From a virus, in the IMG/VR virus record IMGVR_UViG_3300015371_000006, positions 32,001 through 96,000 of that record: 64,000 bases of DNA; one strand, given 5' to 3'. Numbering within the stretch: the stretch's first letter is position 1; each line of letters opens with the position of its first letter. Shown here piece after piece: positions 54,654 to 63,660 of the stretch. The notes beneath the pieces are model-generated. The model was not told the origin of the DNA and did not search any database. It was given only the letters and a program-made list of their open reading frames with translations. The translations under genes and the position numbers were made by a program.

Positions 54654-56177
54654 TCACATCAGCTCCATCTGCCCGGCCTCGCGGTGCTCTCGCTTCGCCG
54701 CGTCGGAGGCTGTGCCCAGCTGCAGCGCTTCGGCGGTGTCGCGGCCCTCGTGCTTGACCCACCAGTCGATGCGGGCGCGCGCGACCGGGACGTACTCTGC
54801 CTCGCGCTCGACGCCGATGAAGTCCACGCCCTCCAGCACGGCAGCGCAGCCGGTCGTTCCGCTGCCGGTGAACGGGTCGAGCACCGTGCCGCCGGGCGGG
54901 GTGACCATGCGGATCAGCCAGCGCATCAGGTCGATGGGCTTCACCGTCGGGTGCGGGTTCTTGGTCGGCAGCACCAGGTTGGGCGCACCGTCGGCCTTCA
55001 GCTGGTGGACCTTCTTCAGCGCGGCGTAGTCCTCTGACGGGTTCTCCACCTCGGGGAAGTCCTCCAGCCCGGCGTTGCGCTCGGCCTTGCTGGCCTTGGC
55101 GATGTAGAAGAACCGGCTCGGTCCGCCGCTGTCGCCGTACTGCGCCGCCGTCACACCGTCGATGTCGATGCTCGCCGGACCGTCGAAGCTGCCGCCGCCC
55201 TTGTCGTAGAACCCGGCGCTGCGGGCCGGTCCGGCCTGCGCGTCCAGCTCAGCGGCCGCCTCGGGGCTCAGGGCCATGTTCGCGGGCCAGCGTCCCTCGG
55301 CGTGGTACTCGATGGCCTTGCGCGTACCGTCGGATTCGAAGCCGCTGTAGGCGACCCGGTCCTCGGGGCTCACCCACTCGCGCCCGTCCACGTTCTCGCG
55401 GTCGGCGTCATCGACGGGGATGCGCGTCGCGTCGATGTTCAGGGCTCCGGTGCCGTGCTCCTGCACGTTGTGCGCCACCGTTGTGGGGATCGGCTTGCGC
55501 GCCATGACGATGGGCTCCCAGCTCGGCTTCAGGGCCGTGCCCCAGCCCTCCCACGCCTTCGCCTCGTCGGTGCAGGGCCGCGTCACGTCTACGGTGCCGC
55601 CGTTGTCCTGCCCGGCGCGGTTGAACACGTCGCCCTTGCCCTGCCAGCGGTCGGGGATCGTCTCGACCACCTCGGGTTCGGCTCCGTTGGCCTTGTCGAT
55701 GGCCTTGGCGACGTTCAGCGACTTCGGGAAGCCCGAGCCGTAGTTCCAGGTGAGGCAGTCGCGGATCTCGAACCCGGCGTCCTCGATACCCGCCGCCAGC
55801 CGGTGGTAGGTCCGGGTGCCGCCGAAGGCCAGCAGGTGGCCGCCGGGCTTGAGCACTCGCAGCGCCTCGGTCGCCCAGGTCTCGCACCACTCTTGGAAGG
55901 CCCGCCCGCCCTTGACCGGCCCGGCGATGATCGCCTCGTTGCCGAAGGCCGAAGAGGATCGCGGCTCGGCCCTGCCCGGCCTGCTCGGGGAGTGGTCGCC
56001 CAGCGACTTGCGCGTCGCTCGGTCGCGCTCGGCCGCCGCGCTGATCGCTTTGCCGTCCCACTCCTTGCCCATGAACGAGATCCCGTAGGGCGGGTCGCAC
56101 ACCACGGCGTCGATGCTCTCTGCGTCCATCGCCTGCATCGCCTCGATGCAGTCGGCGTGGCAGACCTCCCAGCTCAC
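54654..56177 (-). CDS. DNA methyltransferase, N4C/N6A beta class
   Basis: N-terminal DPPY; HPTVKP; VLDPFTGSGTTG at the C-terminus. Confidence 0.92.
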   Translation of the reverse strand: MSWEVCHADCIEAMQAMDAESIDAVVCDPPYGISFMGKEWDGKAISAAAERDRATRKSLGDHSPSRPGRAEPRSSSAFGNEAIIAGPVKGGRAFQEWCETWATEALRVLKPGGHLLAFGGTRTYHRLAAGIEDAGFEIRDCLTWNYGSGFPKSLNVAKAIDKANGAEPEVVETIPDRWQGKGDVFNRAGQDNGGTVDVTRPCTDEAKAWEGWGTALKPSWEPIVMARKPIPTTVAHNVQEHGTGALNIDATRIPVDDADRENVDGREWVSPEDRVAYSGFESDGTRKAIEYHAEGRWPANMALSPEAAAELDAQAGPARSAGFYDKGGGSFDGPASIDIDGVTAAQYGDSGGPSRFFYIAKASKAERNAGLEDFPEVENPSEDYAALKKVHQLKADGAPNLVLPTKNPHPTVKPIDLMRWLIRMVTPPGGTVLDPFTGSGTTGCAAVLEGVDFIGVEREAEYVPVARARIDWWVKHEGRDTAEALQLGTASDAAKREHREAGQMELM

Positions 56178-56530
56178 AGGCCGCCCTTGACGCGGCCCAG
56201 CTCATCGGGGTCGGGCCGCTGGGGGTCGCCGTTCGTGAGCGCCGTCAGCGCAGCATTCGCCTCGTCGAGCGCTCGCTCGGCGATCAGCGCTCCGCTCGGC
56301 CGGGGGCCACGGTAGTCCTCGCCTGCGATCTCCCTCAGCGATCCCATCGCGCGTTGCAGGATTGCGTAGATCTGCAGCTCGGCCTGGCGCTGGCTGTTCG
56401 CCTTGTCGTGCACGACGACCCGTCGGCACGCCTTGTCGCAGAAGGGGCAGTAGCCCCGGTTGCCGTCGGCCCCGGTGACGAAGCCGCAGGCCGGGGTGTC
56501 GCACACGTCGATCTGCCAGGTGTTGTTCAT
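56174..56530 (-). CDS. Zn-finger hypothetical protein
   Basis: CDTPACG...CPFC. Confidence 0.55.
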   Translation of the reverse strand: MNNTWQIDVCDTPACGFVTGADGNRGYCPFCDKACRRVVVHDKANSQRQAELQIYAILQRAMGSLREIAGEDYRGPRPSGALIAERALDEANAALTALTNGDPQRPDPDELGRVKGGL

Positions 56531-56663
56531 CGATCCATGCCCGACGCAAGGAATGCACACCCGATGGCGATCTGTGCACAGCCGATGGCGATCCAGGCCG
56601 TGTCTGCTCCGGCGGCGACCGACCCGAACGCGAAGGCGGCGGCCACGAACATGAGGCAGGCGG

Positions 56664-56894
56664 CTACTGCCATTCGCGGTACAGCTTCCAGCCGCAGTAG
56701 GCCACGCCGACCAGCTCTGCTCCGATCAGCGTCCACAGGAACCAGTCCCGCAGCGAGTCGGCCAGGGCGAACGTGCAGAGGGCGATGACCAGCGAGCGCA
56801 GTCCCATGACGTGCAGCCAGTACTGCGTGTGCTCAACGGCCAGCTTGTCTCGCCAGCGACGCTCTACCTGTCGCCGGTCCTCGGCGTCGTTCAT
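56664..56894 (-). CDS. small membrane protein
   Basis: Two hydrophobic segments. Confidence 0.5.
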   Translation of the reverse strand: MNDAEDRRQVERRWRDKLAVEHTQYWLHVMGLRSLVIALCTFALADSLRDWFLWTLIGAELVGVAYCGWKLYREWQ

Positions 56895-57115
56895 GCGCCT
56901 ATCCGCAGTTGGATTGCCTCTCCTGTACCCAGCTCAACGGTACGCCTCACCTCGTCGAGGCGCTCTTCGCTCACCTGCGCCGAGTCGCCGACGCCGTGCA
57001 GCTTGCCCTCGCAGATGCATTGGCAGTCGGCGACCGGGCCGCGCGCGGCGTGACAGGCTGCATCGCAGCGGCGCTCGGTTCCCTGCGGTGTGCGGACGGC
57101 GATCAGGGTGGTCAT
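56891..57115 (-). CDS. Cys-rich hypothetical protein
   Basis: RCDAACH.A....CQCICEG..HG. Confidence 0.6.
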   Translation of the reverse strand: MTTLIAVRTPQGTERRCDAACHAARGPVADCQCICEGKLHGVGDSAQVSEERLDEVRRTVELGTGEAIQLRIGA

Positions 57116-57323
57116 CGCTCGGGGGGGCTGTCGCCCCACAGCTCGACCATGAACGCGCAGTCATCGCGGTGGCCGGGGTACTTGCCGGGCGCTCCGGGGT
57201 AGTGCGAGCCGAGTTCGCAGCCGCAGGCTTCGCAGACCGTGACGCCGTTCGCGTCGTGGACGTAGCGGGGAACGTCGGCGGGCGGGTCGAGTTGTTCGGT
57301 GCTCATGGTCGGGTGCGGGCACC

Positions 57324-57962
57324 CTACCCGGACTCGCCGACGGCCTCCAGCGCGAGCGCCGGGGTCACCTCTCTGGCGGTCCCTTGCAGCGCCTCGTCGA
57401 ACTCGTCGTTGATCGACTTCGCCACGTCGTCGGTCAGCAGATCGTGGCGCTCCAGGATGTCTGTCAGTCGCTCGGCAAGGTCGAGGATGTTGATCTGCAC
57501 GCGGACCTCCTGGGCCTCGCTCGGGAGCACGCCGACGCTCTGCAGGAACTTCGCCTTGTCGAACAGCGCCCGGATGCGCGCGGTCACGGCGTTGACTCGG
57601 GCCGTGCCCTTCTCCCTCGCCGCCAGCGCAGCCAGCTCGCTGATCCCGGCGTCGATCTGCGCGGTCATTGCCTCGATTACGTCCAGCGGGTTGGCGCGCG
57701 TGAGCCGGGGGCCCTCTGCTCGCACGCCCTTGATGATCTCGCGGACGGTCGGCACGGTCAGCGCATAGGTGGCGGCCAGGTCGTAGTCGCTGATCCCGCG
57801 CAGATGCGCCCGGTAGATCTCGATATCGCGCTGCACCTGGTCGTAGCGCCCGCCCTCGCGCGGCCCCTTGTCACCCGCCTTGGCGACCTTCTTCGTGTCC
57901 TCGACTCGCTGCGCCTTGGTCCGCTTGCGCTGTCGGGGCTTCGGCTTCTTCGGCTCAGCCAC
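57324..57962 (-). CDS. putative terminase small subunit / HTH protein
   Basis: N-terminal HTH (RDIEIY...GIS.YDLA....LTVPTV) followed by a helical region ending LQSVGVLP; same strand, upstream of terL. Confidence 0.5.
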   Translation of the reverse strand: MAEPKKPKPRQRKRTKAQRVEDTKKVAKAGDKGPREGGRYDQVQRDIEIYRAHLRGISDYDLAATYALTVPTVREIIKGVRAEGPRLTRANPLDVIEAMTAQIDAGISELAALAAREKGTARVNAVTARIRALFDKAKFLQSVGVLPSEAQEVRVQINILDLAERLTDILERHDLLTDDVAKSINDEFDEALQGTAREVTPALALEAVGESG

Positions 57963-58411
57963 GCCTCAGATTGTCGCAGGCATCACGGCAGCTTTGGGGG
58001 TTCACCCTTGCCGGTATTGAGTTCGAAGTCGAAGGGAGCCCTGATCGTCAGCAGGCCGCCCTCGGTCAGCGTGTGTTCGCGCCCCTCGGCCTCCAGCGTC
58101 ACCTTCCCTCGGCGGGCTCGGACGATGCGCACCTCGGTCTCGGTGAAGCCGTGGGCCTCTGCTCGGCGCAGGCTCACGGTCTCGCCCTCGCGCGGGTCCA
58201 CGCCTTGATCGCGCCCTCGGCCTCCAGCGCCGCCATCTGCACCTCGTAGGGCACGTTGCTGCGCGGCTCGCCTCCGGGGCGGTTGATCCACTCGGCCATC
58301 CTGGCCGCTGCGCTCTGCAGCTGGTCACCGGGGGCGATCAGGGCTGTCAGCGGGTGCTGCGAGGGCAGCGCGTCGGTCTCGGAGTTGGCGAGCTTCTGCA
58401 CCAGGTCCGGC

Positions 58412-59239
58412 CTACTCATCGTCGGGCTCGATGCCGGGCTGGGGCTCGGGCTCATCGTCGCCGGGCACCTCGATGCCGGGCACCGGGTACGGGGGCTCGG
58501 GCTTTTCTGCGGTCGATCCCATGTGGCCGCCCTCGGGGGCCATCGACTCGGGCTCGGGGTTCTCCATGTCGTCCTCCTGTCGTCCGGTGAATGGTTTCGT
58601 GAAGGTTGTCATCGTCCAGCCGTCGTCCTCGCTGATCGCCGTCTTCGGCGTCTTGACCGTGGCGATCCGCGCGCGCAGCTTCGTGCACAGCATGTGGTAG
58701 CGGTGCGGGTCGTCCATGCCGTCGGTGTACTCGATGCAGCTTTCGATCTCCTCCACCAGCCAGTCGAGGTCTGCGTCGGCGTCGTCGCGCTGGGTGCGCA
58801 TCTGCTCGGCCACGCGCTGGGCCATGTCGGCGGCGGGCTCGCGGAGCCGGTCCACGGCCGCGCGCATCGCATCGACCAGCAGCTCTGAGCCCTGCACCAG
58901 CCGCTCCATGATCGGCTCGTCGCGCTCGCCCAGCCTGCCGGGGTGCAGCGTGCCGGGGCCGTCGATCAGGTCGGCGCAGTAGCGCAGGATGCCGTCGACG
59001 TCGCCCGCCCGCGCGAACTCCCCGCCTTCGTCGCCGCACACCAGCCACTCGCCCTCCCGCGCGACCCACACCCGGTCGGCAGGGGTCAGCCGCCAGCCCC
59101 GGACCTCCAGCTCGCTGAGGAACTCGGCCAGGACGTGACTCGGGGCTCCGTTGATCCAGCGGCCGTTGCGGGTGGTGGCGAACGCCTGCAGCGCCACCGT
59201 GATCTCGCGCTGGTGCATCTCGCGGTCGGTCGCCATCAC
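58412..59239 (-). CDS. hypothetical protein (possible internal in-frame start at MENPEP)
   Basis: ORF with typical codon usage. Confidence 0.5.
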   Translation of the reverse strand: MMATDREMHQREITVALQAFATTRNGRWINGAPSHVLAEFLSELEVRGWRLTPADRVWVAREGEWLVCGDEGGEFARAGDVDGILRYCADLIDGPGTLHPGRLGERDEPIMERLVQGSELLVDAMRAAVDRLREPAADMAQRVAEQMRTQRDDADADLDWLVEEIESCIEYTDGMDDPHRYHMLCTKLRARIATVKTPKTAISEDDGWTMTTFTKPFTGRQEDDMENPEPESMAPEGGHMGSTAEKPEPPYPVPGIEVPGDDEPEPQPGIEPDDE

Positions 59240-59733
59240 TCGCCCCTCATCAGTTCGTCGAGCCGGAACTTAGTGCCCAGCGCATCATCGACGGTCACGT
59301 CGTCACCCGCCCAGCCCAGCCGCCGTCCGTCGTAGACAGTCGCGTACTTGCGCACCACGCGGCGGCGGTGCAGGAACTCCTCGCCCTCGCGCGTCACCAG
59401 CCACCAGCCCGAGCGCCCGCCGTCCTCGCGCCGGGCTGTCTCCTCGGCCACCAGCCCGAACAGCGCCAGCTTGCCTACCTCCCCGCCAAAGACGTTCGTG
59501 CCCCGCAGGACGGTCGGGCCGTGGACGTAGCGCTCCGTCCCACCCGCCCGGTAGAGCGCCACCAGCGCCCGGATCATCGTCGCGTTCAGCTTGCGCCTGT
59601 AGACGCGGGCGTACTGTTCACAGCAGGGGCACCTCGCGCCGTCGTAGAGCCGTTCGCGCAGCCAGTCGCGGGCTTCGGTCAGCGTCGCACCGCTCTGCGG
59701 TGTCGGTGCCTGTCCGTTAGGTGATGTAGCCAT
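59236..59733 (-). CDS. Zn-ribbon + winged-helix-like hypothetical protein
   Basis: CPCCEQ..KVYRRKL...GWWLVTREG. Confidence 0.65.
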   Translation of the reverse strand: MATSPNGQAPTPQSGATLTEARDWLRERLYDGARCPCCEQYARVYRRKLNATMIRALVALYRAGGTERYVHGPTVLRGTNVFGGEVGKLALFGLVAEETARREDGGRSGWWLVTREGEEFLHRRRVVRKYATVYDGRRLGWAGDDVTVDDALGTKFRLDELMRGE

Positions 59734-60016
59734 TCGGATTCTCCTCGTCGATTCGCTTCGCCATCTTCTGCGCCATGCGCGCGGCGTCCTCCCAGCTGTC
59801 GTAGCGACACCGTGCCATGAAGGCGGCGTCGCGGCTCGACGGCTGGGGTTCGAACTCCCACTCGGCGTCCTTGTTCGCGCAGCGGCCTCGCCAGGTCACG
59901 GCCCAGGTCGCGCCGTCGGGGTTGCCTCGCTCGACGATTCGCACCTCGCCGATCTGCGGCGGGCCGATCCGCCACTCGACGGCGGTGATCGCCAGCTGCT
60001 CTGCGGTCAGGGTCAT
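59717..60016 (-). CDS. conserved phage hypothetical protein
   Basis: WAV...G.C.NKD.EWEFEPQPSSRD..F.ARCRY. Confidence 0.65.
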   Translation of the reverse strand: MTLTAEQLAITAVEWRIGPPQIGEVRIVERGNPDGATWAVTWRGRCANKDAEWEFEPQPSSRDAAFMARCRYDSWEDAARMAQKMAKRIDEENPNGYIT

Positions 60017-60546
60017 GCAGGCCCCCGCAGGCTGCCGTCGGGGTAGACCACGCTGTCGACCATCTCGCGCAGCCAGCCGTAGATGCCGTCCAGGCCACCG
60101 TAGGCCCAGGCCCGGTAGGCCATGTCGCCGAGCGAGAAGCCGATGTCGGTGTAGCAGGGGCCGCCGATGAAGTCGCACTCCTCTGCCGGGCCGGGCGCTC
60201 CGTCGTAGGTCGGCCAGCGGCAGTGAATCCACACCGGCCCCTTGGTCGGGCCGAGGCTGTAGTGCGGGCCGTACTTGCGCTTCAGGATGTCCTCGGTTTC
60301 GGGCAGCGGCTCTGCGCTCAGCAGCTCCCACTCGGCGGCGGCGGTTCCGGCGGGGTGCACCGAGGTGAAGAACATGCACAGGCTGCCGCGCCCGTAGGTC
60401 CGGCTGATGTCCTGGTGCTCGACCTCTGCGTCGTAGGCCGCTCGGGTCACCAGCCAGCGCCCGTAGCCGTCGTTGCCGGACGGCAGCTTCAGGCGGCTGA
60501 TGTGGGGCTTGGGCTTGCGGTCGGTCGCCTCCGTGGCCTCAGCCAT
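60013..60546 (-). CDS. hypothetical protein
   Basis: GAGGAGG RBS; CDFIGGPCY. Confidence 0.6.
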   Translation of the reverse strand: MAEATEATDRKPKPHISRLKLPSGNDGYGRWLVTRAAYDAEVEHQDISRTYGRGSLCMFFTSVHPAGTAAAEWELLSAEPLPETEDILKRKYGPHYSLGPTKGPVWIHCRWPTYDGAPGPAEECDFIGGPCYTDIGFSLGDMAYRAWAYGGLDGIYGWLREMVDSVVYPDGSLRGPA

Positions 60547-60958
60547 GTTTTCCTCCTCGGTCGAGTTCGCGCAGTGCGTGTCGGATGGTTGACTCGTCAA
60601 CGTTCATCAGCTCAGCCACCTTACGGCGGCTCATCCCCGACGACACCAGCCTGTAGGCGCGATCTCGCAGCCTCGGGGTCAGCGCCGTGCGCCCGTAGCG
60701 ATAGGCCAGCTCGCGGTGCGTCATCGGCTCACGATGGCGCGGCCTCACGCACAGGGTCTCCCCGCATAGCGATCCGAGCACCTTGCCCTTCGGCACGGGG
60801 CCGTTCTTGCGCTCCCACAGCGCCTTGGCGGCGGTGGTGTTGCCCTGCGTGGTGTGGATCACCGGGGTTCCGTCGCGGTCGGTCTGTCCGTCCCACAGGT
60901 GGCAGCCGCACACGTAGGCGTTCTCGCCGTCCTCGGGTGTCGCCAGGTGCCAGGTCAT
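60539..60958 (-). CDS. degenerate HNH-like domain + C-terminal HTH
   Basis: GCHLWDG...GPVPKG.VL..LCG..LCVRP.H; SGMSRRKVAELMNVDESTI. Confidence 0.65.
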   Translation of the reverse strand: MTWHLATPEDGENAYVCGCHLWDGQTDRDGTPVIHTTQGNTTAAKALWERKNGPVPKGKVLGSLCGETLCVRPRHREPMTHRELAYRYGRTALTPRLRDRAYRLVSSGMSRRKVAELMNVDESTIRHALRELDRGGKHG

Positions 60959-61287
60959 GTCCACGGCAGCTTCAGCCCGTCGTCCTTGTGCCGGGGCAGC
61001 AGGTGGATGTGCAGGTGGTGAACGGTCTGCGTCGCCGCGTCGCCCTTGGAGGTGATCAGGTTCCAGTCGCCGGGGTGGCGGGCGGCCCACCAGCTCGCCA
61101 GCTTCATCGCCCAGGCGCTCACCGTCGGGTTCTGCGCGAAGTCGTTGACGTGCGAGAAGGGGACCACGAGCAGGTGTCCCTTGGTCACCGGGTGCAGCGG
61201 CTCGATGATGTAGCCGTAGCGGCCCTGGTACAGCGGCTTGCTCGGGCCGGTGTAGTCGCAGAAGGGGCAGTCGTCGCGGCGGCTCAT
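60955..61287 (-). CDS. HIT family hydrolase
   Basis: CPFC; GHLLVVP..H; QTVHHLHIHLLPR. Confidence 0.9.
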   Translation of the reverse strand: MSRRDDCPFCDYTGPSKPLYQGRYGYIIEPLHPVTKGHLLVVPFSHVNDFAQNPTVSAWAMKLASWWAARHPGDWNLITSKGDAATQTVHHLHIHLLPRHKDDGLKLPWT

Positions 61288-61542
61288 CGCTTCAGTCGAC
61301 GGGGGTCAGCTCGTTGAGCAGCTGGATTCCGCTGCCGACCCACGGCGGTTCGACGCTGATCGGGATCGCCTCGGCGTTGCAGACGCTGATCGCTGCCTGC
61401 TCCATCGCCTCGCGCTTGGTCGCGGCGGTGCCGCTTCCCCAGTTGGTCTGATTGAGTGCCCCGCTCGGCAGGAAGCTCTCCTCATAGACGCGCCACGTCC
61501 AGCCGCCTGCGCCGGTCGGCTCGATGGTCACCTTCGTCTGCC

Positions 61543-61977
61543 TCACAGGACCACCACCAGGACGACGGCGACGATCACCATCATCAGCGCGCAGAGGATG
61601 ATCGCCAGGCCGAGGCCGCTCGCGGCGTGCTGGCCCTCCCACCAGTCGTTGTCGAGGTGCGACCGGCTTGCCGGTACCGGGACCGGCTCGCCCCGTTCGT
61701 TGGGCTTGGTCGTGCGCGGGTTGTGCCAGCGCCAGCAGGTGTAGACCTCGCTGTCTGAGCGAAAGACCTTGATCCAGTGCAGCCGGTCGCCGTCGCCGTA
61801 GCGCTCCACGCCCTGCTCGGCGTAGGCCACGGCGTCGGCCTGATTGTCGAACTTCGCCGCCTGCGGCACGGGCGGGCCGCCGTCGTCGGCCATGTACCAG
61901 ACCGTGTGCGGGTGCTCGGGGTAGCCGCAGCTCGGCGGGTCGCGCAGCTCGGGGCTGATCGGAGTCGGTTCGCTCAT
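61543..61977 (-). CDS. hypothetical protein with C-terminal TM
   Basis: GGAGG RBS; hydrophobic C-terminus. Confidence 0.55.
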   Translation of the reverse strand: MSEPTPISPELRDPPSCGYPEHPHTVWYMADDGGPPVPQAAKFDNQADAVAYAEQGVERYGDGDRLHWIKVFRSDSEVYTCWRWHNPRTTKPNERGEPVPVPASRSHLDNDWWEGQHAASGLGLAIILCALMMVIVAVVLVVVL

Positions 61978-62459
61978 CCGCGTGTCCTCCATTCGGTCAT
62001 GCTCGGGATCGGGGCGGGGCTCGCCCGCCACACTAGGTGGTGGTCGTCGTCCTGGGTGAAGCTGCACGCGGTGGCGCGGACGACGCCCAGCGGCTGTCCG
62101 TCGTCGGGCCTCTCGGCCCACACGACGCCGCTGTCACGTCCGTTGCGCCGGTCCTGGTAGTCGCGCCCGTTGAGCCAGGGGCAGTTCTCCCAGGCGAAGT
62201 CGAAGCAGTCGGGGTGCATCGGCGGCTCGCCGAAGCTGTTGCGCTCGACCGACCCGGCGAAGCCGATCAGGATCATCTGCCCGCGCATCTGCTCGCCGCA
62301 GAGCTGGCAGAGGTTCCGCATCGCGCAGCGCTGGCGGTTGCCCTCGTCGTGGACCCTGAAGTCGGGCCGTCCATCGATGATCGCGGTGACGTAGGGGATC
62401 GGCAGGCTGCCGTGCTGCGGGCGCTTCGCCAGGGCAGGGATCACGATTGGTCGGGTCAC
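61974..62459 (-). CDS. conserved Cys-rich hypothetical protein
   Basis: LPIPY...PDF...LCQLCG...EPPMH..C...CPWL. Confidence 0.65.
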   Translation of the reverse strand: MTRPIVIPALAKRPQHGSLPIPYVTAIIDGRPDFRVHDEGNRQRCAMRNLCQLCGEQMRGQMILIGFAGSVERNSFGEPPMHPDCFDFAWENCPWLNGRDYQDRRNGRDSGVVWAERPDDGQPLGVVRATACSFTQDDDHHLVWRASPAPIPSMTEWRTRG

Positions 62460-62689
62460 TCGGCGGCACCTTACCCGGAACGCTCGGACGTGCAAGCAGC
62501 CTGTACGCTCGCGGCCGCCGTGGACCCGGACCGCCTCCTCAGACTCATCCTCGTCGGCCTGCTCGCAGTCGGCGTTATCTGCTGGATCTTCGTCGCGGTG
62601 TTCCTGGGCTACCTGGTGTTCGAGGGCTGACTTTCCGCCCGTCGGTGTGCTATCGTCTGTAGCACGTTATCCGACCAAGGAGGTTCCCG

Positions 62690-63199
62690 ATGGAGTTCGT
62701 GATTCCCGAGTTTGAGGTCACCACGCGCAAGGCCGTTGCCGACGCGCTGCGGATCGGCGGGCGCGCTCGCGTGTCCGTGAAGTCACTCGCCACGGGCCAG
62801 CATCTGACCGTGCGGCTCGCCTGCAAGCGCCGGGGCGAGGACGGCAAGTTCATTTCTCGCGCACGCAAGGTCGGCCGGGTCGGCTTCGACGAGTGCGACG
62901 CCCTGTTCGTTGACGGCGATGCCGCCTTCGACGGGTGGATCGCGACGTGGTACGCCGACGAGGGCGAGTGGCGGCAGCCCAAGTCCTACGTCGATCCGCG
63001 TGGCGCGCATTACGCGTGGGCCGCGAAGGCGGTCGTCGCGTGGGCGCTCGACGGGGCCGTCGGCCTTGAGGAGCAGGCCGAGATCCGGCTCGCCAACGAG
63101 TGCTGCATCTGCGGCCACAAGTTGGAGCACCCCGAGTCGGTGGATCGCGGGATCGGCCCCGAGTGCCTCGGGAAGCTGACGGCCGGTCAGCACGTCTAG
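62690..63199 (+). CDS. DUF6011 domain protein
   Basis: CCICGHKLEHPESVDRGIGPEC; promoter box 62648-62664 and CCGACCAAGGAGG at 62671-62683. Confidence 0.85.
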   Translation: MEFVIPEFEVTTRKAVADALRIGGRARVSVKSLATGQHLTVRLACKRRGEDGKFISRARKVGRVGFDECDALFVDGDAAFDGWIATWYADEGEWRQPKSYVDPRGAHYAWAAKAVVAWALDGAVGLEEQAEIRLANECCICGHKLEHPESVDRGIGPECLGKLTAGQHV

Positions 63200-63225
63200 C
63201 CGCCGCGCGCCCTCGCTCTCGGTTG

Positions 63226-63251
63226 AAGGCCCCGCTTCGGCGGGGCTTTCT
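63226..63251 (+). terminator. intrinsic terminator
   Basis: aaggccccgc-ttcg-gcggggcttt, followed by a short T-rich tail. Confidence 0.7.
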
Positions 63252-63455
63252 CGTCTCGCCACGCCTCCAGCATTCCGGCGTGCCAGAGGGCGACCCGAAC
63301 GCTGTTGAGCGTCAGCTCGGCCCCCTTGCCGATCATCCAGCGGAGCGCCCGCACGCGGCCAGGGTAGGTGCCGGGGGTGCCGGTGCCCCGTTCGGACCTA
63401 CGATCCGCTCAGAGGTGCTGCTACGGCGTCTGACGGGCCGTCGTAGGCTTGCTCG

Positions 63456-63617
63456 ATGCGGGTGTTGGAGGTCTATCGCGTCGAGGACGCCGGGCGGCGG
63501 GTCCGGGTGCTCGGGCTGCGCGTGCACCACGGCTTGCTCGGAGCGAGCCTTGCTGCGCTCGGGCTGGTGCTCGTGTGGCACGACCGGCGCGACTGGCCCT
63601 GGCGCTTGTTGGATTAG
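63456..63617 (+). CDS. 53-aa membrane protein
   Basis: Manual translation MRVLEVYRVEDAGRRVRVLGLRVHHGLLGASLAALGLVLVWHDRRDWPWRLLD; TAGGCT 6 nt upstream. Confidence 0.5.
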   Translation: MRVLEVYRVEDAGRRVRVLGLRVHHGLLGASLAALGLVLVWHDRRDWPWRLLD

Positions 63618-63660
63618 GTCCGCTTCCGGTCGCCCCCAGGTCCGCTAGTACGATCCCGGC

